Below are positions 26,268 through 35,019 of a stretch of DNA of 64,000 nt, one piece after another; positions within the stretch are counted from its first letter, which is position 1; each line of letters starts with the position of its first letter. Position numbers and translations under genes: made by a program. This DNA comes from Parcubacteria group bacterium. GTDB lineage: Bacteria; Patescibacteriota; Minisyncoccia; Phycocordibacterales; UBA2135. The DNA lies in the NCBI GenBank assembly GCA_016180525.1, contig JACPBB010000002.1:122517-186516 (forward strand), in the 5' to 3' direction. Under the pieces are notes generated by a model that had not been told where the DNA came from, made no database searches, and worked only from the letters and a program-made list of their open reading frames with translations.

Positions 26268-27050
26268 TTATTTATAATCTTTACCTAATCCGCTATTCCA
26301 AATCATTTCAAAAATTTGCTCCATAGATTTAGCAACGCGTTTATTGTCAATAATAATTGCTTGTAAATCCTTGCTAGAAATAATTCGTACAAATTCTCCT
26401 GGAATGATTTCTGTTGAAGTATCCGGGGACCATAAATCTATATTAATTAATTTTGTATGTCCTTTATATATTTCTTCTTGCGGTTTAATAAAAATATCGC
26501 TTTCTTTTGTATCTGGCGCGATAACACGATGTCGCACGTCGCTTTTACGAGCTTTTTTATTCCACTCAAGATAAATATTAATAATTTTCTGGTCTGGGTC
26601 GGGCAGGTGCGAATACAACGCAAGAATAGTTTTACCATTCATGCTCTCAAATTTATAGTGCAGAGCATTAACTATGCCATCATAACCGTCAAATGTTATG
26701 ACTGTTGACTCATCTTTCTGAACTGCAAGTTGCGCGATAGTAGGCAACATTTCCTCAAAGGAAAGTATTTTGTTTTTTTGCTCCTCTACATACTCCTCCG
26801 GAGTTTTCGCGAAAAAAATCTGGCTCTTTGAGTGAGGAATCTTGAGCACCAGTCCTTTTTGTCTTAATTCTTCCAACACAAGGTAGGTTGTCGGAGTTTT
26901 TACGCCCGCAAGTTTGGAAATTTTGTACGCGGTTCCGCGTCCAGTTTGCAAAAGTGCAACATACACTTTTGCCTCTTTTTCTGATAATCCTATGTCGCTT
27001 AATTTTCTTGTTAAGTTTTCCATAATGTATATAGTACCAAAAATATACAA
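26268..27050 (-). CDS. TrmB-like winged-helix transcriptional regulator (paralog 3)
   Basis: The N-terminal HTH IGLSEKEAKVYVALLQTGRGTAYKISKLAGVKTPTTYLVLEELRQKGLV. Confidence 0.7.
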   Translation of the reverse strand: MYIFGTIYIMENLTRKLSDIGLSEKEAKVYVALLQTGRGTAYKISKLAGVKTPTTYLVLEELRQKGLVLKIPHSKSQIFFAKTPEEYVEEQKNKILSFEEMLPTIAQLAVQKDESTVITFDGYDGIVNALHYKFESMNGKTILALYSHLPDPDQKIINIYLEWNKKARKSDVRHRVIAPDTKESDIFIKPQEEIYKGHTKLINIDLWSPDTSTEIIPGEFVRIISSKDLQAIIIDNKRVAKSMEQIFEMIWNSGLGKDYK

Positions 27051-27234
27051 ATGTTCAATAATTCTGATGAATATTTACTAATTAAAAAATAGCCTTGTTT
27101 ATCAATATAAAAATAGAATATACGTGTTAAAATATTCATATTAATTGATTAATTTTAAAAACTATGGTATAGTTTTATTAGAAGATCGTTGAAGCGTCCA
27201 TGTCGTAGCAACACCTTAGAAATGGAGATTAATT

Positions 27235-27501
27235 ATGATTAACGGAATGAAAAAGTTATTCGGACTTTTGTGGCTCCGCGTCCCACCCGCAGATCGTTCA
27301 ATGCTTCCGCTTACTGCAATATTCTTTTACTTCGTGTGGCTCGCCCTCTCTCCCTTGACGATAATGGTGTTCGCTGCTATCGGGTGGATGCCGCTTGTTC
27401 TAAGCGTTGGCATTCTTGGATTCATGTTTCTGTTGGGAATTCCCTTTTCGGTAGTGGCGACCGGCATTTGCTGGTATCGCATGTGCAAAAATTACTACTG
27501 A
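27235..27501 (+). CDS. small membrane protein (88 aa, 2-3 TM)
   Basis: Hydrophobic ORF with a downstream terminator hairpin at about 27520-27555. Confidence 0.5.
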   Translation: MINGMKKLFGLLWLRVPPADRSMLPLTAIFFYFVWLALSPLTIMVFAAIGWMPLVLSVGILGFMFLLGIPFSVVATGICWYRMCKNYY

Positions 27502-27725
27502 AAAGAGTCTATTAAATTGAGCCTTTGTCTGCTGAGACAGGGGCTTTTTTTCTTAATTTACAAAATTTTTTTAAAGCATTCTGGACATTCCAAAGAGTTG
27601 ATATATTTGAAATTGCCGAAGATATAATATACAGAGATACAAGAGATGATATAGACGTATAATTTTTCTTAGACAAGTGATGGTTTTTTGTTAGTATCAA
27701 ACTAGACTGTGCTTAAGGGTGCTAC

Positions 27726-28688
27726 ATGAGCTCAATATTTTACCCTGTCGTCCCGCTTTCGTGTCCGTGGGGTGCCTCGGGGTCGTGTAGATTTTGCGGC
27801 ATTCCGTTTATGGAAAAAGTGCTTGTGCCGGAGATGCCGGCTGAAAAAGAACTTAAAGCCCAATTTGATGTATTTGTAAATAACTCTAGAAACGCACAAG
27901 ACATTAAAAGACACAAACGAATCGCAATTGCGCCCAACGGAAGCGTCGTCCCTGAAGTTCCCAAACCACTTCGGGATTATGTGCTCGCATTTTGCAAAAA
28001 GCACAACCTTTGCTTTGAAAGCGAACTCATAGCAACGCTCATTGACGAGAAGCGTGCGTACGCGCTCTATGACAGGGCATACAAGAAGCGACACCGCGGA
28101 CTCTCTGGTTCGGAAAGGCACGGAAAAGTTGTCGCAACTCTTCAAGAAATTGACGACGCGCTCAACAGTGAATTTCTCGGAAATAACGTGCTTTTAAATA
28201 TCGGCGTAGAGGTCGCCAATTCAGAAGATTTGAAAATGCTTCATAAATATACCGATGACCCCGATGATTTCATTGCGTGCGCGGAGTATCTGCGCGCGCG
28301 AGGCATCAGGATTGGCGCGAATATTCTCGTGGGGGCGCCGTTTATACAAGACCCTGTGCGCAAAGCGCTTGAAACAGTGCGTTTTGCGTTTGAAGAGGTG
28401 CGAGCTGACAAAATACTCCTTATTACATGGAACCCGGTGAAGTACACTGTCGCGAAAAAGCAGTATGACAAGGGAAATATTGACGTGCTCTCGGCAACGG
28501 AATCCGCTGAAATATATCATGTCGTGAAGGCGGCATATCCGCATAAAGAAATTGAATGCAACAGAATGCGCGCGCACGTGTTTCATGGAAAACATCCGAA
28601 TTTTAGAGGCGCCAGGATTAGCACCGACGAGCGGAAGATAAGGGCACGAGAAGCGGTAAGGGCGTTAGCAAGAGAGGTTTTTGTATAA
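27726..28688 (+). CDS. hypothetical protein with noncanonical Cys triad (CX8CX2C); possible radical-SAM-like/TIM-barrel enzyme
   Basis: The N-terminal CPWGASGSCRFCG is followed by alternating beta/alpha-like segments. It is not the canonical CX3CX2C. It is followed by the terminator at 28688-28722. Confidence 0.5.
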   Translation: MSSIFYPVVPLSCPWGASGSCRFCGIPFMEKVLVPEMPAEKELKAQFDVFVNNSRNAQDIKRHKRIAIAPNGSVVPEVPKPLRDYVLAFCKKHNLCFESELIATLIDEKRAYALYDRAYKKRHRGLSGSERHGKVVATLQEIDDALNSEFLGNNVLLNIGVEVANSEDLKMLHKYTDDPDDFIACAEYLRARGIRIGANILVGAPFIQDPVRKALETVRFAFEEVRADKILLITWNPVKYTVAKKQYDKGNIDVLSATESAEIYHVVKAAYPHKEIECNRMRAHVFHGKHPNFRGARISTDERKIRAREAVRALAREVFV

Positions 28689-28769
28689 AGCCCCGACTAC
28701 AAGTCGGGGCTTTACTTTTTATGTTTATAAGAGTAATCTGTGGGGCAGACATAACGAAGAAAAAGGAAT

Positions 28770-29954
28770 TTGATAATGCCGAAACAGTCACCGTACCCCT
28801 TTGGAGGAATAAATCCGCCGCACCATGGAAGCGTTGCATTCGTTTATAAATCTGTTGAAGATGGCAGAGGAGCGTTTAGTAAATATGGAAGCAGATACGC
28901 ATACGGGCGAATGGGAAATCCAAGCGTTCAGCCGCTTGAAGAATGGCTTGCGGAGTTTCATGGTCTTCCCGCAGGCTCTGTGTGGGCAACTAATACCGGG
29001 ATGACTGCTCTTGACCTCGTAATTCGGGGGAGCACATTAAAGGATGTCGGGTGGGGCAAAAAAATTGTTGCTTCCCCGTATCTATACGGCGGAACATTTC
29101 ACCTTTTGGAGCTTCTTGACCGAAATGGATATATCAACCTCGTATGGGTTGAAAATCCATTTGATTTGAGTTCGTGGGAAATTGCCTTAAACGGAAAGAC
29201 CGCGGCGATTGCTATTCTTGAGACACCGGCAAATCCGACAATTGACATTTTTGACATACGGGCAATTGCGACCACGGTACATACCTGGGGATCTCGTCTT
29301 GTGGTTGACGACACGCTCGCTGTTGGCCTTCAAAAGCCATTTGAACTCGGAGCAGATTGCTGTGTCTACTCTGTCACAAAGGGTTTGAATAGAAAATCTT
29401 CGCATCTTGGCGGCGCGGTTGTTGCGAACCCATCGTTTAGAAGCAAGGTAGAGGCGGTTTTTGATGATTTATTTGTGCACTCGGGAATGATTATAGATCC
29501 TGGCTCTGCAATCGCTGTATATCAAAATAGGGCAACCCTCGTGCGGGATATGGAGCTTTTTTCAGAACACGCGCTCATTGTTGCCTTGTTTCTGCAGAAG
29601 CATAAAAAAATCAAGAAGGTCAACTACCCGTTTCTTAAGAACAGCAAACATTACCATTTGGCGCATCAGCAAATGACCGGCGGCGGTGGCGTGCTTTCAT
29701 TTGAGATGCACAGCTTTGATGACGCCGTTAAGTTTGTTGAGCTGCAAAGCGAGGCGTACCTCGGAGTTCATTTAGGTGATGGGAACAACCATCTGGTGAC
29801 TCATCCAGCATCCACCACGCACAGCAAACTCTCTGAAGAAGAATTGAATAAACTGAATATTACGCCGGGACTTATCAGGCTCTCGGTTGGCCTTGATGAA
29901 AAGAAAATGAGTCCGCTTCTTGCTAATTTTAAAAACGTTTTGGATCAGTTGTAA
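28770..29954 (+). CDS. PLP-dependent Cys/Met-metabolism enzyme (cystathionine gamma-synthase/O-acetylhomoserine sulfhydrylase/methionine gamma-lyase family)
   Basis: The family-typical N-terminal region is present, and the PLP-lysine context is YSVTKGLNRKSSHLGGAVV. Confidence 0.75.
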   Translation: MIMPKQSPYPFGGINPPHHGSVAFVYKSVEDGRGAFSKYGSRYAYGRMGNPSVQPLEEWLAEFHGLPAGSVWATNTGMTALDLVIRGSTLKDVGWGKKIVASPYLYGGTFHLLELLDRNGYINLVWVENPFDLSSWEIALNGKTAAIAILETPANPTIDIFDIRAIATTVHTWGSRLVVDDTLAVGLQKPFELGADCCVYSVTKGLNRKSSHLGGAVVANPSFRSKVEAVFDDLFVHSGMIIDPGSAIAVYQNRATLVRDMELFSEHALIVALFLQKHKKIKKVNYPFLKNSKHYHLAHQQMTGGGGVLSFEMHSFDDAVKFVELQSEAYLGVHLGDGNNHLVTHPASTTHSKLSEEELNKLNITPGLIRLSVGLDEKKMSPLLANFKNVLDQL

Positions 29955-29971
29955 AAAACAAAATTATAACT

Positions 29972-29998
29972 CCGGAAAATATCCGGGGTTTTTATTTT
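29972..29998 (+). terminator. intrinsic terminator (CCGG-aaaatat-CCGG GGTTTTTATTTT)
   Basis: A short stem followed by a T-run after the stop at 29954. Confidence 0.45.
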
Positions 29999-30028
29999 GA
30001 TTGTTTTTGTGTATATTCAATAGTGACT

Positions 30029-30052
30029 ACGGGGCGTAGTATACCCCAGTAC
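30029..30052 (+). pseudogene. orphan 5' fragment of a tRNA-Pro-like gene (acceptor + D-arm)
   Basis: CGGGGCG-TA-GTATACCCCAGTAC-C. The matching 3' half lies at 30216-30253. Confidence 0.5.
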
Positions 30053-30121
30053 CATCCCGCCTGTGGCGGGAGCTACGGGGCAGGCCGGTAGCCGCCTGCT
30101 TCTTGTCCCGTTAGAAAATCA

Positions 30122-30192
30122 ACGGAGTGTAGTATACCGGTAGTACACCTGCTTTGGGAGCAGGCAGACTGGGTTCGATTCCCAGCACTCCG
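30122..30192 (+). tRNA. tRNA-Pro (anticodon UGG)
   Basis: Acceptor CGGAGTG/CACTCCG, anticodon loop TTTGGGA, T-loop TTCGATT. It lies between the two halves of another tRNA-Pro-like sequence. Confidence 0.85.
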
Positions 30193-30215
30193 ACAATCAA
30201 ATTTTCTAATGGGAT

Positions 30216-30253
30216 AGGGAGCAGGTAGACTGGGTTCGATTCCCAGCGCCCCG
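30216..30253 (+). pseudogene. orphan 3' fragment of a tRNA-Pro-like gene (anticodon-loop 3' part, T-arm, acceptor 3' strand)
   Basis: GGGA-GCAGG-TAGAC-TGGGTTCGATTCCCA-GCGCCCCG-A. The acceptor strand is complementary to the 5' fragment at 30029-30035. Confidence 0.5.
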
Positions 30254-30340
30254 ACAATTAAATTTTCTATTTGTAAATTTGCACAATTTCAAGATGTGCG
30301 GTAGTTTGTTTTTAGATTATTTTTTAAGGCAACTCACAAC

Positions 30341-30880
30341 ATGGCGAGGAAAAAATTTTCTGTTCAGCCACCTGTTCCCAAAAAGTTTAAACCGCCTGTT
30401 GTTGAAAAGAAAAGTGACGGAGTGCCGGCATTTCATGCGTATGACTGGTATTTTAATTGGATGAAAGGATTTATGAAAAATGTGGACGGTGTATTTCTTG
30501 TACCCTGCGCGGCGACAAAACCGATTTACACCTCAACATTTCATCGTCGTATTTATCAGCCGTTTGGAGCGACTCGTGGCAAAGGCAGAGAAATTTTGGT
30601 TGTTTCAGAACCGGTTGTGCTCATCCGCTATCAGGATTTGTATGACTTTGAAAAAATGTTTTTGTACGAGTTTCATCCCAAGATGCTCTCGGAGAGTAGA
30701 GAATTGTTTGTGAATCGTTTGCGGGAACTGCTTTCAGGAAAACATATTGTCGGATGTTTACCAAGCCACCATGCAAAACTCATTGATGATGCAGTGGGTG
30801 GAGGTTGGAAAAATTATTGGGATGGCAACATGTATTCTATGGTGGAAAAAGGTACAAAACTTGCTCGAAAAAGGACATAA
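30341..30880 (+). CDS. hypothetical protein (179 aa)
   Basis: An ORF with a basic N-terminus. No motif recognised. Confidence 0.5.
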   Translation: MARKKFSVQPPVPKKFKPPVVEKKSDGVPAFHAYDWYFNWMKGFMKNVDGVFLVPCAATKPIYTSTFHRRIYQPFGATRGKGREILVVSEPVVLIRYQDLYDFEKMFLYEFHPKMLSESRELFVNRLRELLSGKHIVGCLPSHHAKLIDDAVGGGWKNYWDGNMYSMVEKGTKLARKRT

Positions 30881-30917
30881 AATTTAAAAACACCGCGACA
30901 TGTTTACATGCCGCGGT

Positions 30918-31193
30918 TTAGTTTAGGCTTCGTTTGTGCTGCTTCACAAAATTTGGTAATTCTCTTGCAACCCAAGCGTTCATGGTCTCAAACAGCAGGA
31001 GACCTTCCGCGTTAAGGACATTCTGTTCGGGAAGTACCGGGCGTCCTGCGTTATTGCGCATGATATTTTCGCTCAGAATTTCGTGTAGCCGCTCAAATTC
31101 CGTCACTTTATTTTCATCTTGTTCCTGAAGATTGCCGAGAGCGACGACAGAGTGGCAGTACTGAATAGCGTCTTGAGCTGTAATAGTGAACAT
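30918..31193 (-). CDS. small hypothetical protein (91 aa)
   Basis: AAGGAGGTG lies 6 nt upstream of ATG at 31193, so that start is preferred over the track start at 31202. Confidence 0.45.
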   Translation of the reverse strand: MFTITAQDAIQYCHSVVALGNLQEQDENKVTEFERLHEILSENIMRNNAGRPVLPEQNVLNAEGLLLFETMNAWVARELPNFVKQHKRSLN

Positions 31194-31285
31194 AAGAACC
31201 ACCTCCTTTTCAGATGTAATTGTATCATATTTAATAAAAAAGTCAAATATTTTTTGTGCTCCAAAAAATACTATAATTACAAATA

Positions 31286-32083
31286 ATGAAAATTATCTCG
31301 TGGAACGTAAATGGAATTAGGGCAGTGCACCGCAAGGGCCTGTTTCTGCCGTTTATAAAAAAAGAGCAGCCGGACATATTGTGTCTTCAGGAAACAAAAG
31401 CAGAAAAGCATCAGTCGGAAATTGATTTGCCGGAGTATGAAGAATACTGGAATTCTGCGGAAAAAAAAGGATACAGCGGCACGGCAATTTTTACAAAAAC
31501 AAAACCGCTCTCCGTTGCGCTTGGCATTCCGGAGCCCATTTCAAAAAAATGGAAGCTTGGGGGAGACGGGTATGGGAATCCAAACACAGAGGGGCGTGTC
31601 ATAACTGCCGAATTTAAAAATTTCTTTTTAATAAGCGTCTATACACCCAATGCAAAAGATGATTTGAGCCGCCTTTCGCTTCGTCACAAACATTGGGACC
31701 CTGCATTTTTGGAGTTTTGCAAAATTCTGGACCAGAAAAAGCCTGTTATTTTTTGCGGAGACTTGAATGTGGCGCATATGCCGATTGACTTGGCGCATCC
31801 AAAAGAAAACGAGGGCAAAAAGGGCTTTACAAAAGAAGAGCGAGAGGGAATTAATAATATTATTGTGGCTGATTTTGTAGATACGTTTCGGTGCTTTAAT
31901 GACAAGCCGAATCAATACACATGGTGGAGTCATTTTGCGAACTCGCGGGCGCGGAATGTCGGCTGGAGGATAGATTATGTTTTTGCGAGCAAACGTTTAC
32001 TTTCAAAAATCACTTCGGCATTTATCAGACCAAAAATTTTTGGCTCTGACCATTGTCCGGTTGGGATTGTTCTTGATATTTAA
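31286..32083 (+). CDS. xth: exodeoxyribonuclease III (Xth/APE1 family AP endonuclease)
   Basis: MKIISWNVNGIRAVHRK...ILCLQETK...GDLNVAH...WWSHF...GSDHCPV. Confidence 0.9.
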   Translation: MKIISWNVNGIRAVHRKGLFLPFIKKEQPDILCLQETKAEKHQSEIDLPEYEEYWNSAEKKGYSGTAIFTKTKPLSVALGIPEPISKKWKLGGDGYGNPNTEGRVITAEFKNFFLISVYTPNAKDDLSRLSLRHKHWDPAFLEFCKILDQKKPVIFCGDLNVAHMPIDLAHPKENEGKKGFTKEEREGINNIIVADFVDTFRCFNDKPNQYTWWSHFANSRARNVGWRIDYVFASKRLLSKITSAFIRPKIFGSDHCPVGIVLDI

Positions 32084-32085
32084 AG

Positions 32086-32928
32086 ATGCTTTCCGCGAAA
32101 AAGGTTTTACAATTTCAAAAAATAATTTATGCGCATTATAAAAAACACGGGCGGAAACTCCCGTGGCGTCCTCCTGCGCTAAAGCTTCGGAAGGATAAAA
32201 TTTTAAATCCTTATAAAATTCTTGTTTCTGAAGTGATGCTTCAACAGACACAAGTTTCTCGCGTGATTAAAAAATATCCATTGTTTATAAAAGAGTTTAA
32301 GACGGGGCGCGCGCTTGCGCGCGCGCCGCTCTCTAAAGTTCTTTCAGTCTGGAGCGGGCTTGGATATAACCGCCGGGCAAAGTTCTTACATCACGCTGCA
32401 AAAAAAATTATTGAAAAACATGCTGGAGTCCTGCCAAGGGATGCTGAAACTCTTATGACATTGCCTGGGGTGGGGCCGGGAACTGCAGGGGCGGTAATGG
32501 CCTTTGCCTTTAATACGCCAAGTATTTTCATTGAAACAAATATACGTAGCGTATTTATTCATTATTTTTTTCCTAAAAGAAAAAAGGTGTCAGATAAAGA
32601 AATTTTACAGCTAATAAAGAAAACAATTGATAACAGAAACGTGCGCGACTGGTATTACGCGCTTATGGACTATGGGGTAATGCTTAAAGAAAAGCATAAA
32701 AATCCAAGTCGTAAAAGTGCTCATTATGTGGAACAATCTCCGTTTAAAAATTCCAACCGGCAAGTCCGCGGAGAAATTCTCAAACTTTTGACACAGCACA
32801 AATCAATTCCGAAACAAAAAATAAAAAAATATATAAAAGGTAATCAAAAATATATTAACAGCGCGCTTGAACAGCTTTTAAAAGAAAAATTTATACGGAT
32901 AAAAAATAATGTAGTTACACTTGCATAG
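32086..32928 (+). CDS. HhH-GPD base-excision DNA glycosylase (MutY/Nth family)
   Basis: LVSEVMLQQTQVSRVIKKYPLF...LSVWSGLGYNRRAKFLHHAAKKI...LPGVGPGTAGAVMAFAF. No clear 4Cys Fe-S loop is seen. Confidence 0.7.
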   Translation: MLSAKKVLQFQKIIYAHYKKHGRKLPWRPPALKLRKDKILNPYKILVSEVMLQQTQVSRVIKKYPLFIKEFKTGRALARAPLSKVLSVWSGLGYNRRAKFLHHAAKKIIEKHAGVLPRDAETLMTLPGVGPGTAGAVMAFAFNTPSIFIETNIRSVFIHYFFPKRKKVSDKEILQLIKKTIDNRNVRDWYYALMDYGVMLKEKHKNPSRKSAHYVEQSPFKNSNRQVRGEILKLLTQHKSIPKQKIKKYIKGNQKYINSALEQLLKEKFIRIKNNVVTLA

Positions 32929-33036
32929 CATGTTGCATTTCTAAAGCTATTCCTAGATTGTGTTGATTGATTTGACGCGCGAAATACAAAGGAGTAGTAT
33001 AAAAACGGTTACTTACTTTTCCGTCTGCCTTTAACA

Positions 33037-33246
33037 ATGGAGGAGCCCATGAAAAAGGCAACAATCTTGTCTGCGCTCGGAGCCGCGTCACTTCTTCTCG
33101 TCACTGGGTGTGCTGCTGTTTCTAAAGACGATGGACTTACTCCACAGATGAAAATGCAACAGTGTCCACATCACGAACAGATGCACGGCCCAAAAGGACA
33201 CAGTCATGACGAGCATCACAAGGGCGATGGACACAGCCACAAATAG
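33037..33246 (+). CDS. small His-rich lipoprotein (69 aa)
   Basis: The lipobox LLLVTGC is followed by a C-terminal HHEQMHGPKGHSHDEHHKGDGHSHK. Confidence 0.55.
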   Translation: MEEPMKKATILSALGAASLLLVTGCAAVSKDDGLTPQMKMQQCPHHEQMHGPKGHSHDEHHKGDGHSHK

Positions 33247-33301
33247 TACATGCGTTAACGCGACCAGAACTTGAGAGCTTGTAACAAGACACAAGCTCTT
33301 T

Positions 33302-34489
33302 TTATTTCTTCTCAAGCACTTCGGTGAGTATTGCTGTTAATTGTGGAGCGATGGCGTTGTTAAACTCGGCGCTTTTTTGTTTGAGGTCTCCGTATAAAAA
33401 TGTCTGTAAATCTTTTCCTGTATATTTTTTGATGCTGTCATCTATATGAAAAAGAGATATCGCACGCAGATCTCGCTCGTCAGTTGAACCTTCAAGAAGA
33501 CTCGTCGCGATGAGTCCTATGAGCTCGCCCGTCTTTAAGCTAAATACGCCGCCGCCCGAGGCGCCTTCTTGGGCAAGCACTGTGCCGCCGAGGGAGAATC
33601 CGTCAAGCGTTTGATTTCTAAATGTGTAGAGCTTTTTTAAACTTGTCACGCTTGAGGTAATCCATAAATTTTTTGTCACATTCAATCCCCCTAAAAATCC
33701 CGCCGGATAAGCCGCGAGAAGTACCGGATCGTTAACGTCTATTTCATTTTGCCCTACGTACACCGACATTGCCGGAAATGATTCGGGGAGCGCTCTCATT
33801 GTGTTTGTGGATTCTGTTATTAAGAGGAGCGCGAAATCGTTCTCACCAGTTCCAGTTGGCTTTTGCAGTTTGATGGCGGGTGCGTTTTCTTCTATCCATA
33901 TCGGAGGAAGGTACAGAAGCTCCGCCTTGTATAGAGGTATGGCAGGGCTTCCGGTCCGAACGACACAATTTAAAAAGTCTGGGATTTTATAATCTTTGAG
34001 TAGCAGATATTGCGCTACGTGCGCGTTTGTAAGAATGACCCCTTGGGGGTCAATAACAACTCCGCTTCCGGTAATGGGCTCAAAAACTCCGGATGTTTTG
34101 GTCAGACAGAATATGTTCACTACTGCCGCCCTTGCGGCTTCGTTTAACTCCGCCTGTGGAATGAGCGGTGGTGGTGCTGGCAGAATGGTCGTTGGCGATG
34201 GCGTTATGGCTGTTTCTGCTTTTACTGTGACTTGTGTTTGAGGCAATGTTTCTAACGGAATAATAGCGGGGGGTGCTTGCTTTGGTTCGGCCGTTTCACC
34301 TTCAACTTCCGGACCTTCTTTTTCTAAAACTTCAATGGATTTCGGAGGATTAGTTTCCGTTAAAAAAGTGGGGCGTGTGCTCGTTGCTACTTCCCCAACA
34401 GATATTCCCAGAAAAGAAAGGACAAAAACGCCGCCAAGCATGATTTTTTGTAAAAATAAAAGCGCTGTGTCTAAAAATGAATTGAGCAT
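33302..34489 (-). CDS. trypsin-like serine protease, membrane-anchored
   Basis: An N-terminal TM segment precedes the chymotrypsin-fold motifs TNAHV...DFALL...EGASGGGVF (a GDSGG analog). Confidence 0.7.
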   Translation of the reverse strand: MLNSFLDTALLFLQKIMLGGVFVLSFLGISVGEVATSTRPTFLTETNPPKSIEVLEKEGPEVEGETAEPKQAPPAIIPLETLPQTQVTVKAETAITPSPTTILPAPPPLIPQAELNEAARAAVVNIFCLTKTSGVFEPITGSGVVIDPQGVILTNAHVAQYLLLKDYKIPDFLNCVVRTGSPAIPLYKAELLYLPPIWIEENAPAIKLQKPTGTGENDFALLLITESTNTMRALPESFPAMSVYVGQNEIDVNDPVLLAAYPAGFLGGLNVTKNLWITSSVTSLKKLYTFRNQTLDGFSLGGTVLAQEGASGGGVFSLKTGELIGLIATSLLEGSTDERDLRAISLFHIDDSIKKYTGKDLQTFLYGDLKQKSAEFNNAIAPQLTAILTEVLEKK

Positions 34490-34903
34490 AATTGTATATC
34501 ACAGTGTATCACACAATATCATTATATTTTGGAAAAACATTATACCACAGATTTTTTTATGCAGAATAATTTTATGTGTTGACAGGGAGGAGATGTCCTA
34601 TATACTTATTTAGATATAATGCGTGAATCTGATTTTGCATTATATTTTTATCAGTAAAGTACGGTCTGGATTTAGAGATTTTTAAATTTCTAAATTTAAA
34701 TCGGAGATTACCATGATATTTGACGATGAAACCACAAGTGGAGAAGGAGCAGAAGAAAATAATGAAGAAGGAGGTGAAGGAGAAGGTGCAGCGGCAACTG
34801 AATAGTTTTCTTTCAGTTCTCTTAATCCAACACAAAATCCCCACGCCGCATGGCGCTCGGGGATTTTGTGTTTTCGGGGTTTATGGTAGGATACGGGTGA
34901 AAA

Positions 34904-34948
34904 GCGGGATTAGTTTCGGGATAAAATATACAATTTTCCAACATAATT
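34904..34948 (+). pseudogene. degenerate duplicate of the 5' 40 nt of tRNA-Gly(UCC)
   Basis: GCGGGATTAGTTTcgggataaaatatacAATTTTCCAAcat compared with the tRNA GCGGGATTAGTTTaatggcaaaataacAGTTTTCCAAact. Confidence 0.5.
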
Positions 34949-35019
34949 GCGGGATTAGTTTAATGGCAAAATAACAGTTTTCCAAACTGTGGTTGGGAGT
35001 TCGATTCTCCCATCCCGCA
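34949..35019 (+). tRNA. tRNA-Gly (anticodon UCC)
   Basis: Acceptor GCGGGAT/ATCCCGC, anticodon loop TTTCCAA, T-loop TTCGATT. It is followed by a terminator hairpin at 35028-35055. A duplicate of its last 16 nt lies at 35203-35218. Confidence 0.85.

Noticed and set aside
34720-34974. ORF 34720-34974 (plus, 84 aa)
   Set aside because: It overlaps the tRNA-Gly(UCC) gene and its partial duplicate, and the frame is unrelated to the SD-preceded small ORF. It is a chance ORF.
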